A stretch of DNA of 64,000 nucleotides, from the NCBI GenBank assembly GCA_012295275.1, contig CM022670.1:34968001-35032000 (forward strand). Reading direction: 5' to 3'. The notes beneath the pieces are model-generated. The model did not search any database. It had not been told where the DNA came from and saw only the letters and a program-made list of their open reading frames with translations. A program made the position numbers and the translations under genes. Below, in pieces: positions 14,440-26,655 of the stretch. Positions within the stretch are counted from its first letter, which is position 1. Every line of letters starts with the position of its first letter. The DNA is from Chrysomallon squamiferum. Lineage: Eukaryota > Animalia > Mollusca.

Positions 14440-15853
14440 ATTTATATTTTTTTCAGTTTATTTCATTTCATTTTATTTTGTTTGTTTTATTTTATTTTCA
14501 AACAGAAAAGTTTATCTTATGCCTATATAGGGGGACTGTTATTGAATTTTTTTTTTTTTTTTTTTTTTTTTCAATTTATTTTACTTTAATTTAATTAAAT
14601 GATCATAATTTTTACCTACTGTAAAAAAACAAACTTGTTTGTATTATATTTAATTTTAATTTTCATATTTGAATTGTATTTTTTTCTTATTTTTTTTTTT
14701 ATATTTATTTATTTGTTTTATTTATTTTTATTTTTTTATTTATTTTTCAGCTCTTCTTGGTAATATGTTTTCAATCATCAAATGATATATGGTTTCTTAT
14801 TGAAATGGAAGGGTTTGGTTTTGCAACTATTTTAACAATAGTTTTTGCCGGTCAAGCCTACTTAAGGTGGAAGGAACCAAATCTCCATAGACCTATTAAG
14901 GTTTGTTTTCTCAATTATTAAAAAAATGAAAGTTGCCTTAGTTTTTTTCTAATAACAAAGTACAAGATTTATTCTTGTCAAGAAGAAGAAGAAGAAAAAG
15001 AAGAATAACAACAAGAAACACAAATAATAATAACAGAAAACATGTGAGCTAATAACTTTGTGATGAATTTATGTTTTGAAAGGTATGTTATGTTTTACTA
15101 TCTACCACAATAAACAGAAAACACAGTATAAAAATAATTACATACATAGTATTTTAACAAAAACAATGTGCTTAATTTTGTGCCCATATCAATCATATTA
15201 ATTTTAGTAGACAGAGATGATTTAAAAAGACAGTGTTTAAGTCAAAAGTAAGAGATAATTTATAAAATACATCAATATGCAGTGTTGAGAAACACTGAAG
15301 ATAAAGATTTAAAGCAATGCATAAATAAATGGCTTTTTGAAAGCCAGTTGAAAAAATTCTTTAGAATTATAATAGCTATAAGTAAGATGCCATCTGAAAA
15401 CAATGCATTTTATTTTGTTTGTTTTTTATCTCTGAATTTTTCATTTGATTTAGTAAATTGTTTTTGTGTGTAAGATCACATTTTCGTTGATATTTGAATC
15501 AGATTTAACAAATAAATATTTACATTTCAGTGATACTATAGTGTTAAACAAAATAATATTAAAAGAAAAGAAAAACATTCCAGGTTGATTATAATTTTTT
15601 TTAAATATTCTATTAATTTTTTAATATGTAATAAAAATTAAAACACTTTTTTTGCAGGTTCCCATTGTACTTCCTATAATTCTAAGTGTTATCACCTTTG
15701 CTATAGTACTTCTTACCTTCTACCAAAAACCAACAGAAAGTTTTCTAGCTCTAATACTTGTGGGTGTTGGAACAGTTCTGTACATAATTGGAAACAGATG
15801 GACAAAGAAACCAAAAGAAATCCAGAGCAAGATTGGTGAGCTGGTTTCTACAA

Positions 15854-15923
<70 letters not shown>

Positions 15924-16456
15924 TATTATTATTGTTATTATTATTATTCTCTCATTTTGTTCTTTGAGTACGATTAAAAAAAAAAAATCTTGATTCCTGA
16001 TTGGTAAATATGTTGTAAAATAAAGTCCTACAGAGAACATGTAGTGGCAAAAAAAGTGTGTGTCAGTAATCATAATATGATGTTAATCCAGGAGATGACA
16101 TTTAGTTTGTGAACAGCATAGGTTTCCAAAATCCTTCTAGTCTGATATAATTCAGAATTTACAAAAGTTTATATTCAAGCCTGTTTCAGCTGGATTAATA
16201 AATCTTTCAAAATTGGTAATAAAAATGTGTCAAGATTGAGAAATAAAAAAAAAAACAAAAAAAAAAAAAAATGTTAGTCTTTGTATTTGTATGTGAAAAA
16301 GTTTGATTCCATGTTTTAACAAAGAAACAGAAATTTATTCTTCATTTTATCTTTTTTTTTTTTTTCTTTTTTTTTGCAGATGGTTTTAACAAATTCATAC
16401 AGAAATTATTGCTTGTTCTACCTCAGGACAACCCAGATGAGGTGAAGTGGGATTAA
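5729..16456 (+). CDS. SLC7 family L-type/heteromeric amino acid transporter light chain (LAT/y+LAT/b0,+AT/xCT group), 478 aa
   Basis: Coding exons 5729-6164, 7975-8100, 8866-8965, 9809-9853, 12161-12284, 13406-13509, 14141-14237, 14751-14900, 15658-15835, 16380-16456. All introns GT-AG with consistent phases; total 1437 nt. Motifs: [29 protein letters not shown] (heavy-chain disulfide Cys), AYSGW, NP.RNLPLAI, HRPIKVP. The exact orthologue cannot be assigned by eye. Confidence 0.95.
9190..9463. mobile_element. Decayed Tigger/pogo-type MITE remnant in an SLC7 intron
   Basis: Right end ...gatcctcaacctgTA (reverse complement TAcaggttgaggatc). Left part gaggatatcttaaatctgaaatatttggaaccagaaatgtttc resembles Tigger-type MITE ends. 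Degenerate. Confidence 0.4.
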
Positions 16457-16569
16457 CATGTTAAAAAGCACAACACAGAAATTTTCTAAATTAGCCAGCT
16501 ACTCTGTCGGTCTGTACGTCTGTACATAAGCATTCAATAGTCTTTAATCATACATTTTTATTTATTAGT

Positions 16570-16840
16570 CCTTTATACTTTTCCCTTCCCACAAAAATTA
16601 ATAAACTCTTCAACATATCTGTATCTTAATATGCACAACTGACAAAAAAACTTATATTGTATTCTTTATCCTTCCCAAAAAATTGACAACTTACAAAGTT
16701 TTTTTCATCATATCAGAAATCTATATCTTAATCACAAATGACAAAAAACATTTACTGTGTTCTTTGTCCTTTCCACAACTTACAATGTTTTTATTTGTCA
16801 TATCAGAAATCTCTATCTTAATATGCACAACAGACAAAAA
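16570..16840. repeat. ~95-bp imperfect tandem repeat (x3) in the SLC7 3' UTR
   Basis: Recurring 'tatcttaatatgcacaa..gacaaaaa' and 'tctttatccttccc/tctttgtcctttcc...acaacttacaa...catatcagaaatct'. Confidence 0.7.
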
Positions 16841-16857
16841 GAAAACATAAAAAGCCT

Positions 16858-16916
<59 letters not shown>

Positions 16917-18918
16917 TATACTTACAAATGATTGTTTTGTTTGTTATTATCTTATTTATTTATTACTTTTGTTATATTATCTACTATATAAAATATGACA
17001 ATAAAGTAACACATTGTTGAGAATGCATGGAGGCTGATATTTCCTGTTTTACCACAATGTTATTTCATAAAGAGATACTGTAATACTGACACACCTTCAA
17101 TGTGTTAGAAATTTGTTTATATTGCTGTCTTTGAGATGATGTTACAAAAAGAAAATGTTGTTATACTTTATTATTAGCAAAGGTATGTTGTAAGGTACGG
17201 AAAACAAATTCTGTTTATAGAATGTATTTAATTTCTTTCTTTGTACACTTAAGGTACATCTTAATACTGTATTTTGTCAGAAATCAGTACGCTTTGTTTT
17301 TCAATTGTGTTCATGTTTTAAAACTTTTACTTTTATTTCAGTTAACTGGCATTTTAAAACCACAGTTGAATAGTATGTGTTCATTTTTTAGTGTTTTTTA
17401 TTTTTTAATTTTTTTTACATTTTCTTTACACACACACACACACACACATATGTATTTGTATATTTCAGCAGAACAAAAGACAGTAGATTAAAAAATCCCC
17501 CAAAGAGGCATTAACTTTATTTATTTTTATTTTTAAATATTTTGTATATTTCTTGCAGTTTTTGTATCTAGCATTTTGATTTTATTTTTATTTGTTGTTC
17601 TTAAAAGAAGATTCTGGAGTCATCCTTTCAGTTATAACACTGAATAACATTTTAAGAGGGAGGTAATTACTGTTAACATTATAAAACAGATCTCTGAATG
17701 CAATGTACGTCAATGTATCACAGAACACAAAATACAAGTCTGTCTCAGCTTTTTATTGTCAAACAAGTTTTTCAAACGTACAAGGAAGAAAAGTGAATTC
17801 CTTTTCATTTATGGAAAAAAGCGGCATTTTCTATGTTTTATTTTGTATATAAAATTATACAGTAAAGTTGACATCATTTTGTCATGTTGGATAAACCTGC
17901 ATCATAATATCAGTAAGCCATAATTATTAGAAGACCTAGAAAATAACCAGCATATCATACTGCCATGGTTTATGTATTTAATATTTTCAGTGGGGAAAAT
18001 AATTATTTGTTTCTTTGTAATGCAGTCATAAACATTCACCTAATAATTAATATCAGTGGTCACTGTAGTAATATAAACTGTTCTAGCTGTATCTTAGTTA
18101 TCATATTTATTCCTGCATTAGTTAAGTATTATCTTTGGAATTGTTACAAAATTTATTTTATTTTGCAGGTTCTTAATCCCCATAAAGTAAATTGCATCCA
18201 AATTTCTATATTTAATTCAAATACAATAATGTGTGACTTGTACAAAAGGGAATATGGGATATACTGTTTAACCTTCGGATTGAATAACAGAAAACTAATT
18301 TGGCTTAAAAATAAATTTACCTTGAATGTGTATCAATTTATATTGAGTTATAATGAAATCTATTTGCTTTTTTTTACCAGAAATACTCTGATCTCTAAAA
18401 TATTTTTTTTTTTTTTTTTTTTTTAAATTATTATTATTATTATTTTTTTTAATCAGTTTCATATTTCATCGAAGATTTTTAATTTATTTTTTTTTTTTTT
18501 TTATATATATATTTTTTATATTTTTTTTTTTTTTTATTTTATATACACAAGACACATGTATGTGATAAATAACTTTCTTTTGATACTTTTCTTGTAGAAA
18601 TCACACAATATTGTAAAATATATCATGAAATTTTATTTTTAAAAAAAAATACATTTTATTTTTCAGTTGCTGTATTGTATGCACTATTTCCATTTGTATT
18701 TTTAAAAAAAAATATTATTACTTTTTATTTATTTATTTTTTGTTATACTTTGTTGTACGGTTTCTGTATACTTCAGTAATGTAAGATTCTTATTTGTTTT
18801 TTCGCTATCAGACACATATCCAAAACATTTGTTTGAATTTCCAGGCATATATTTCTAAATTTCTGTTACAATATTAAACATATCATACTTGGTTAATATA
18901 CCATTTAGAAGTTGTTTG

Positions 18919-18975
<57 letters not shown>

Positions 18976-20794
18976 TGTAAATGTAATATAATGTAATGTA
19001 TGTATGTATCTGTAACAAGTTGCAGTGAATTTCAGTTATACAGAATATTAATGTCTGTAATCTTTTAAATTATGCCACATTATGGAAAAGTTGCATTTGA
19101 TGGTTTGAAGTTATATTTAGAATTACCAAACAATTTGTAAAATAAATTTTAAAATAAATCTCTTTTCAATATTATTTTTATTATATTATTATTATTATTA
19201 TAATTATTAATATTAATTAATTAATTAAAACAACAAAACTTATTGAAAACGAGATTTATTTTAAACTTTCTTTTCTTTGTTTCACTTATTACAGAAAATG
19301 AAGTATAACAAATCATTCCAATAAAATCAAATAAAACAAAATAAATATATATGTGTGTGTATATATATATATATATATGTATGTATACAAATTTTATTAT
19401 CTATTCATCAAATAGTCCTAAGAAGATTTGCTACAAAGGATAGCTGACCTGTAGCATTACAAACTCTTTTTAAATATTTTAATTACTTCTGTTACTTCTG
19501 AAGCCTTAACATGTGGCCTTGTTGTATGTGAAAAAAAATTATTTTGTATTCTGTTCTGTTACAATTATCATCATACAAACAGTGAAACTTTCATTTGTGC
19601 ATGTTGATCATTTAAAAGTATCATTATTTAAACATTTTGGATGTCATCATCGTCTGTATAATCATTAAAAATAACCACAGAATATTACACTTTATATCAT
19701 TTGTGTGAAGTTTTGTTTCTTTCTGAAACTTCCAAAATGAAATTACTATGATATATTTAACATTTATGTAAATATTATAATGCTTGAAATTATTCTTTAC
19801 TTATTTTATTTTATTTTTGAAGAAGAAAATATATCTTGTTACCTGTAATATAAGTAATATGTTGCAGAAATATCAGTTTTGAAAACAAATAGAAATCATT
19901 TACATTGTTCTTTGGGTGAGATATACAAATATATGTTTACTTGAAAAACTTGTACATATATAACTGATATGTTTTGAATATTAATCAAGTGAAATTAATT
20001 ATTAATGATGTTGTATTTTATCAGTTGACACAGATAACTGCTTCTAATTAACATCATGTGACAACAGTTTATTCTGAAAATGAGACGACATTATAAATTA
20101 ATGTAAATATATTGTGTGTTTTACTAATGGTGTTGGTTTATTCTCAGTGTTTTTGCTGGTCAATATATTATTATTTTTATTCATACAAGCATGACAGTTC
20201 AAATTTCTTTTATTTTTTTTTTTTTTTTTTTTTTATATAAAAAGTTTGTTCAAGCAGTGACAGTGATTTTTTTTGTTTTTGTTTCACTAAAAAAAAATTT
20301 TATTATTAATTTATTTCCAACATAATGGTGCTGAAATATCATTTTAGTATCATAAGACGCATACTTACATTTTAAACAAAATATAAATATTTAATTATGA
20401 CAGTACTAACGTGGTATGTTTTAAAATATAGAAATATTTTGCTTTCAGTATTAACATTATTATTTCCTTTTTAAGAAATAGTATTGTGCAGACTTTCATT
20501 TCTTTTCCTTTCATTAAATTATTTAATTGCATTAGAACAGTCTTTATAATTACCAGTTCCAGTGTCTACATAATAAACAAACTCACCATTTCATTGAGAA
20601 TCTAATTTTTAGTCTTATTTTTGCCATATGCTTTTTAGATATTTTCAGAACATGGTTGAAAGGACAAATTCTTTTTTTTACAGCGAAGATAATATCATGT
20701 AATTGCAGTCTAATTTCTATTTATTTCTCTCAGTTTCTCAGTACAAGTTAAACATGTTTTATTTTAGAAGTGATGTAGCTAGACAATTTTAATT

Positions 20795-21380
20795 TTTGAT
20801 TTTAGTTAGCTACAAAATTGTTTATTCTGTGAAGCTGTAATTATTGAAATTTTAATACAGCATGTAGCAAAACAAGAAATATTATTAGTCCTTATAATAA
20901 TTTATGTTGAACAGATAAATAGAATTTTTATTTATATTTAGTTTCAAATCATTTATTCTGTAACAATACTAATTATTAAAATTTTAATACAACATGTAGC
21001 AAAACAAGAAGTATTATTAGTAATTATAATAATTTATGTTGAACAGATAAATAGAATTTTTATTTATATTTAGCTACAAAAAGCATTTATTCTATTGAAG
21101 CTGCAACAATACTAATTCTTGAAATAAGTATTATTAGTCATTGTGATGATTCATGTTGAGCAGATAAATAGAATTTGTATTTTTAGTTTAGCCACAAAAA
21201 CAAACAAAATGATTGTGTGAAACTGGAATAACAGTCATTTGCTTGAAGTTTTGATGCTGTGTACCAGTGGTGGCAAAACTTTGATGCTTGGCGTGTCATA
21301 GTTTTGCCACCACTGCTGTATACCAAGCAGTAATGCAAGAAGTGTTATCAGTCATTGCAATAGTTTTTGTTGCATAGATG
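20795..21380. repeat. ~130-bp imperfect tandem repeat (about 4 units)
   Basis: Recurring 'catgtagcaaaacaagaa.tattattagt...tttatgttgaacagataaatagaattttt'. Confidence 0.8.
21265..21315. mobile_element. 51-bp palindromic hAT-type MITE with 8-bp TSD
   Basis: Perfect 16-bp TIRs CAGTGGTGGCAAAACT / AGTTTTGCCACCACTG, flanked by ctgtgtac (21257-21264) and ctgtatac (21316-21323). Confidence 0.8.
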
Positions 21381-22781
21381 GTGCTTTACATGGTTTTGTT
21401 CTCCATTTTCAAACCATTTCTTGACATACCAGATAGGTGCATTTCGTTAGTTTCAAAACTGGCATTCAATTTTATGACCAAATATATATTTTTAAATAAC
21501 ATTTTTTGCATTCTAAGCAGCTACAAAATTTATATTATTTAGTTTAATATCTTTAAGTTGTTGTTTTGTTTACGGTTTTTTTTTTTTTTTTTTTTTTTGG
21601 TTTGTTTTTAATTTCTGCTTATTTTAAATTATTTTAGAAATTTGGCAGGTTTTTATTTAATTATTAAATGCTGTTAACATTTGTTTTCTTAGTGGAAAAT
21701 TTTGGATTTCTTTTAGAAACACATTTTTGAGTTAACGCTGTAATAAACATCAGACTGATATTGAAGTGTGTTCTGTTTTCATTGAAATTGCTGAAATTGT
21801 TTTTTATCACAAGAAATAAAATCAGATTTTGACGTAAGCTAAACAATCTTCAACACAGGACCTCGGATCCTGAGTAAGTATCTAATTTCATGTTACACGT
21901 AATTATTCTTCCCAACCCAAACAGGGCCTCGACAGTTTCTCGTTTGTTACAGCTTAATGACGCCCGAATTCGACCATTTTATATCACAATCAGTTAAAAT
22001 GTGTATATAAATTGTATACGTGTATACGTACCATCCAGGATATTAGAAGAGGCTGCCATTGGGGTTGTAACTAAATTAATTCATTATTAATAAAAAAATA
22101 AAAAAAATACATAACGAACAAATGACGTTAGGACATTGACTTTTTGTTGTTATGGTTGTTTCTTGTTAATACTATTATTTTAAATTTTAACATCTTAACG
22201 AAAATGTCATCAGCACTTATAATAATAAACAAAATAAGATTAATCACCCCTTACAAACTTTAGATAGCCAGCGTTTTCAATTACAAAACAAACTTGCTTC
22301 TACATGTTTACTGAAGATAAATTGGCAAGATAAGAACGTCATAGGGTTAATTTCAAGAGGGCTTTGAAAAAACGACTTTATTAACAGCTACGGGAACCGA
22401 CAAACCTATTCTGTGCATTGAAAAGTCAGTTCATATCGACAGACACAAACAAAAGATTTTACATTACGTTGGTCTGGTAGACTTAATGAAACAGTGAGCT
22501 ACTGAATTAGAAATATTTCTATGTATTTTATGTCATTAAGTGCAAACAGTATCTTCATACTGACAGATAAATAGTAATACCATTGCAACAAAAACACTCA
22601 GTTGTATTGCATATAAAAACTTCAATTAAATTTTGTTTAAAAGTACGTACATGTATATAAATAGATTAATGTAAATGAAAACTACCCACCTGACAGCTGC
22701 TTATCGTCTGCTTCTGTATTTGTTTTTCGACTGTACAAGAACAGGAGCCATAATACGAATAGGAAATTGATTACGACTGGA

Positions 22782-23457
22782 ATGAAGACGTTTGTTACAT
22801 ACGTAAGATTTACACATTTTATTCAGATTTATTTTCTATTTTAATTAATATTATATAGCATGTGAATTATGTATTGTGTTATTATTATCATTGTATAGTA
22901 AGATTAGTAGTCGCAACAATGTTGCGGCAGTAGTAGTAATAGTTATAGCAGTAATGATAGCAGTGGCTGCAGTAGCAATAGCAGTAGTAGTCATACTAAT
23001 AATCGTAGTATATATGTGTTGTATTTTTAAACTGCTAATGTTAATGATGATAATTCTGATGGGCGTTAGATTTAGAAATATGATTAACTTCAGAACTTTT
23101 GAAATCATCATTACTCAAATCCAGCAAATTCTGATATGTAAATAATTATGCTGAATCTGAATCAAGGTTATTTGATTAAAAACAACAGGTTTTATATTTA
23201 TTTATATTATCTATGAATATAGTTTATCTTAGCAAAAATATGTACTTATAATATTATATTGATTTCGATCAGTTTGTTTCAGTATCGGAAACTGCTGCAT
23301 GTTATGAGACAAACCTAAAAAAAAAAAATGGGAAAAAGAAATAAAAATTAATATATTTGTTTTTCATTTACATCATCATCCAAGGCACTAATTGCCACTT
23401 TTCCCCAAAACCATCATAACCAACAACAGTAACAACAACAGTAATAATAATAATAAT

Positions 23458-23493
<36 letters not shown>

Positions 23494-23540
23494 AATAATA
23501 ATAACAACAGCAACAACAACAACAATAATAATGATGATGA

Positions 23541-23578
<38 letters not shown>

Positions 23579-24262
23579 ATAATAATAATAATAATAATGT
23601 TAAGGTTTTAATACATGTTTTACTGGACATTACAGATTTCCTTGGATGATGTATATGGCAAACTTACTGTACAGGTTAAAGATATGTTCAGTGGAGTCGG
23701 TGCATCGCAGTTACCTGTTCACGTTCTTCAGAACACAACCTCAGGTGACTGGCAACTTATTGAGAAAGGGTATTATATTATATTATATTATATTTTATTA
23801 TATTATATTATATTATATTGTATTATTAAATTTCTTCCGGATACTTCCGTCTACAAAGAAGTAACAAAATCATCATCATCATCATCATTTACATTTACTC
23901 AAATCCAGCAAACTTTGGTATATAAACTATTATGCTGAATCTGAATCGCCTGTCATTTTATATATCTTAAAATCTACACTCCTTGAAATGATATATTTCT
24001 TTTGACAGATCTCTAAAATTCATTATTAAAAATGTGAACCTTCAAACATGTAATAGACAAAAGAATAAAATAAAATGACTTTTTTTTCATTAAATATGTT
24101 TCAGACACACTGATCAAGATGGTGTTTTTTCAGTAACAAAAGTAAAATCTTCGAAATCCGACGAATCGTTGTATAAAGTGAGAGTCCAGACTTCTTCGTA
24201 TTTTGATGAAATGGAAATGGAATCGTCTTTTCCCTTCATTGATGTAGGTAACTTACTGAGAT

Positions 24263-24351
<89 letters not shown>

Positions 24352-24692
24352 ATGTATCTCTATCTTGTACAGTGCCTAGTTGTTATTTTTATTGTCAGTG
24401 TTATTTTTGCATTCTGTAGCAGATGAGAAGAAAAGGGAAAGCAAGAGAGAGAGAGAGAGAGAGAGATAGAGAGAGAGTTATAATTTTAAGCCGGTATTTA
24501 TGTAGAAATATTTATATTAATAATAAAAAAGGACTTAAATAACATACTGTACAAAAGTAACATACAATTATTTCAACTGTATTTCAGACAGTATTTCACA
24601 TGAGGAGTGACTGGTCACATATCGTTGTTTCAGTGAATATCAGTCCGTTTGGATATAATGTTTTTCTTCAGCCGAAAAGATTGGAAGAATGA
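22782..24692 (+). CDS. Transthyretin / 5-hydroxyisourate hydrolase family protein, catalytic residues lost (~132-142 aa)
   Basis: Core exons 23636-23769, 24105-24243, 24588-24692 splice in frame to ISLDDVYGKLTVQVKDMFSGVGASQLPVHVLQNTTSGDWQLIEKGHTDQDGVFSVTKVKSSKSDESLYKVRVQTSSYFDEMEMESSFPFIDTVFHMRSDWSHIVVSVNISPFGYNVFLQPKRLEE*. This aligns with the TTR/HIUase motifs L..V.D...G, W....G.T..DG, YK...T.SY, FP...VF and SP..Y. The first coding exon is uncertain: 22782-22802 (MKTFVTY) or 23014-23064. Confidence 0.85.
23415..23598. repeat. Compound (AAC)/(AAT)/(ACT)n microsatellite in the TTR-like intron
   Basis: Direct reading; explains the poly-N/T and poly-L/V ORFs at 23388-23649. Confidence 0.95.
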
Positions 24693-24882
24693 AAACTGTC
24701 AGAAATTATGAAATTCAGCGATAAACCACTAATAACATACTTATTCTGAGAAGAAATAACAACATATTAAATGCCGTGAATTCTAATCAAAGGTGCATAG
24801 CATCAGATAACAACAACAACAACAACAATAGTATTGGTGGTGTTGGTAGTAGTAGCAGCAGTAGTAAAAATAATATTAGTAT

Positions 24883-24917
<35 letters not shown>

Positions 24918-25405
24918 GTACTACTACTACTAATAACCAGTAGACCAGTTCTTTTTTGTGTTTTTTTGTTTTGTTTTGTTTTTTCTCTTTAAACTGAAGA
25001 TATTCACAGATTATGATAAATTAGTCTGAAATGAATATACGAAAACAAAAATAATAAGTTTGACCACTTTATTACAAAACGACTCTTTACATATGTATCG
25101 TTATTATTTACTTGATGTAAGTTGTTACATTTATGTGCTATACCAACATGTGTTTGATAAAGAAAAGTATAAAAATATACAACATCACTACGAAACATGC
25201 CTGGAACCAAATTTATTGAGTAATAGACAGCAGCAACAACAGCAACAGTAAAGCATGATTTATGTACGCTTAAAAACAGGAAGAAAAATAAAATGTGTTT
25301 TCGAAATGTTTAATTGTTTTATTTTTGAATTTAAATTAATCAATCAAAAAATATGAGAGAGACTTTAAAAATTCTTCAAAAATTATGAGAGAGAGGCCTA
25401 TCGGA

Positions 25406-25990
25406 ATGTCGCCGCCATTCGTTTGCTTATCCAGCGGTGTAAATAATAAAAGTCATCCTTGTGTTAAAATGGAATTAGGTGTGCGCAACATATTTATTTT
25501 TGGAAAAAAAGTACCAGTCATTTTGGTTTATTTCTCTGATTTCTGTTGAGACTCCTGATTCCAGTTTTATTATTGTTATAATTTTTATCCCAGATTTAAA
25601 TTTCTGTATAGTGTAATCATTATTTTTTGAATCGAAGAACTAATTACATAAACACCGAGCAGTTACTAGATGACGTAATTGTTCTTGTCAAGCGAAACCA
25701 ATTGGTGACGTCTGATAAAGTTGCATAGAGCAATTTTACTTTTGTTATTTTTTATTTCCAGTAAATACTTTTGGTATATTTTATTTCCAGTTTATTATGG
25801 GAGGTACAAAAAAAGGTGAGTTTATTACAGCAAAAATCACGTGAAAAAACAACAACAACAAATTAAAACAACAGAAACAAAACCAACAATTGAAATTATC
25901 CAATTCCGCACAAAGAAACCACATACATACATACCCATACGCAATCATAACACACAAATTACAAGATACGTATATACACTCGCTCTCTTT

Positions 25991-26065
<75 letters not shown>

Positions 26066-26588
26066 TTTGATCTTAATTTAAAGAACATGATTTCTACAGA
26101 CGCAGTAATACAGACAGGTAAAGATTATTATCTAACATGTTTATAGCATTCTCAGGTTTTTAATCTTAATGGATTTAATATTTCACACACAGAGATCATA
26201 ACTGAATTGGATTAAGCTTTAAATATTAATGATCACATTAATGATCACGTGTTTGTATATGTATGTGCATATGTAAGTGTTTATGTATGTGTGTTATTAC
26301 TGTTTTGTAAAATTACTTATTTATTAATACTTTTCAAAATTGTTATGTTGTTTTCTGCAACCAGAACTCATCCATTTTTATTTGGTAAGTAAATAAACAA
26401 ATAATTTCCATCTATTTGATATTTTGTTTTATTAGGGCTTAAAATAGGTTTCTTTCATTTATTTATTTATTTAGTTAGTAAGTTAGGTAATTAGTTAAAT
26501 TTTTAATTTTCAGGTCGACAAAGTCTCAACCGTAACTATGCTAGAACCATTAAAGGTATTCAACATTTAATATATATATCAAATATTA

Positions 26589-26655
<67 letters not shown>

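Noticed and set aside
17965-18426. 153-aa ORF downstream of SLC7
   Set aside because: AT-rich composition, ends in poly-T, no homology or splice signals; probably 3' UTR.
22851-23145. Hydrophobic ORFs on both strands resembling membrane proteins
   Set aside because: Derived from a degenerate GTA/GCA triplet repeat; only 23014-23064 is kept as a tentative signal-peptide exon.
25791-26530. KKR-THPFLF-GR looks like an amidated neuropeptide (THPFLFamide) in the orphan gene model
   Set aside because: There is no signal peptide in the upstream exon, the motif is single copy, and the reading frame of these micro-exons is ambiguous.
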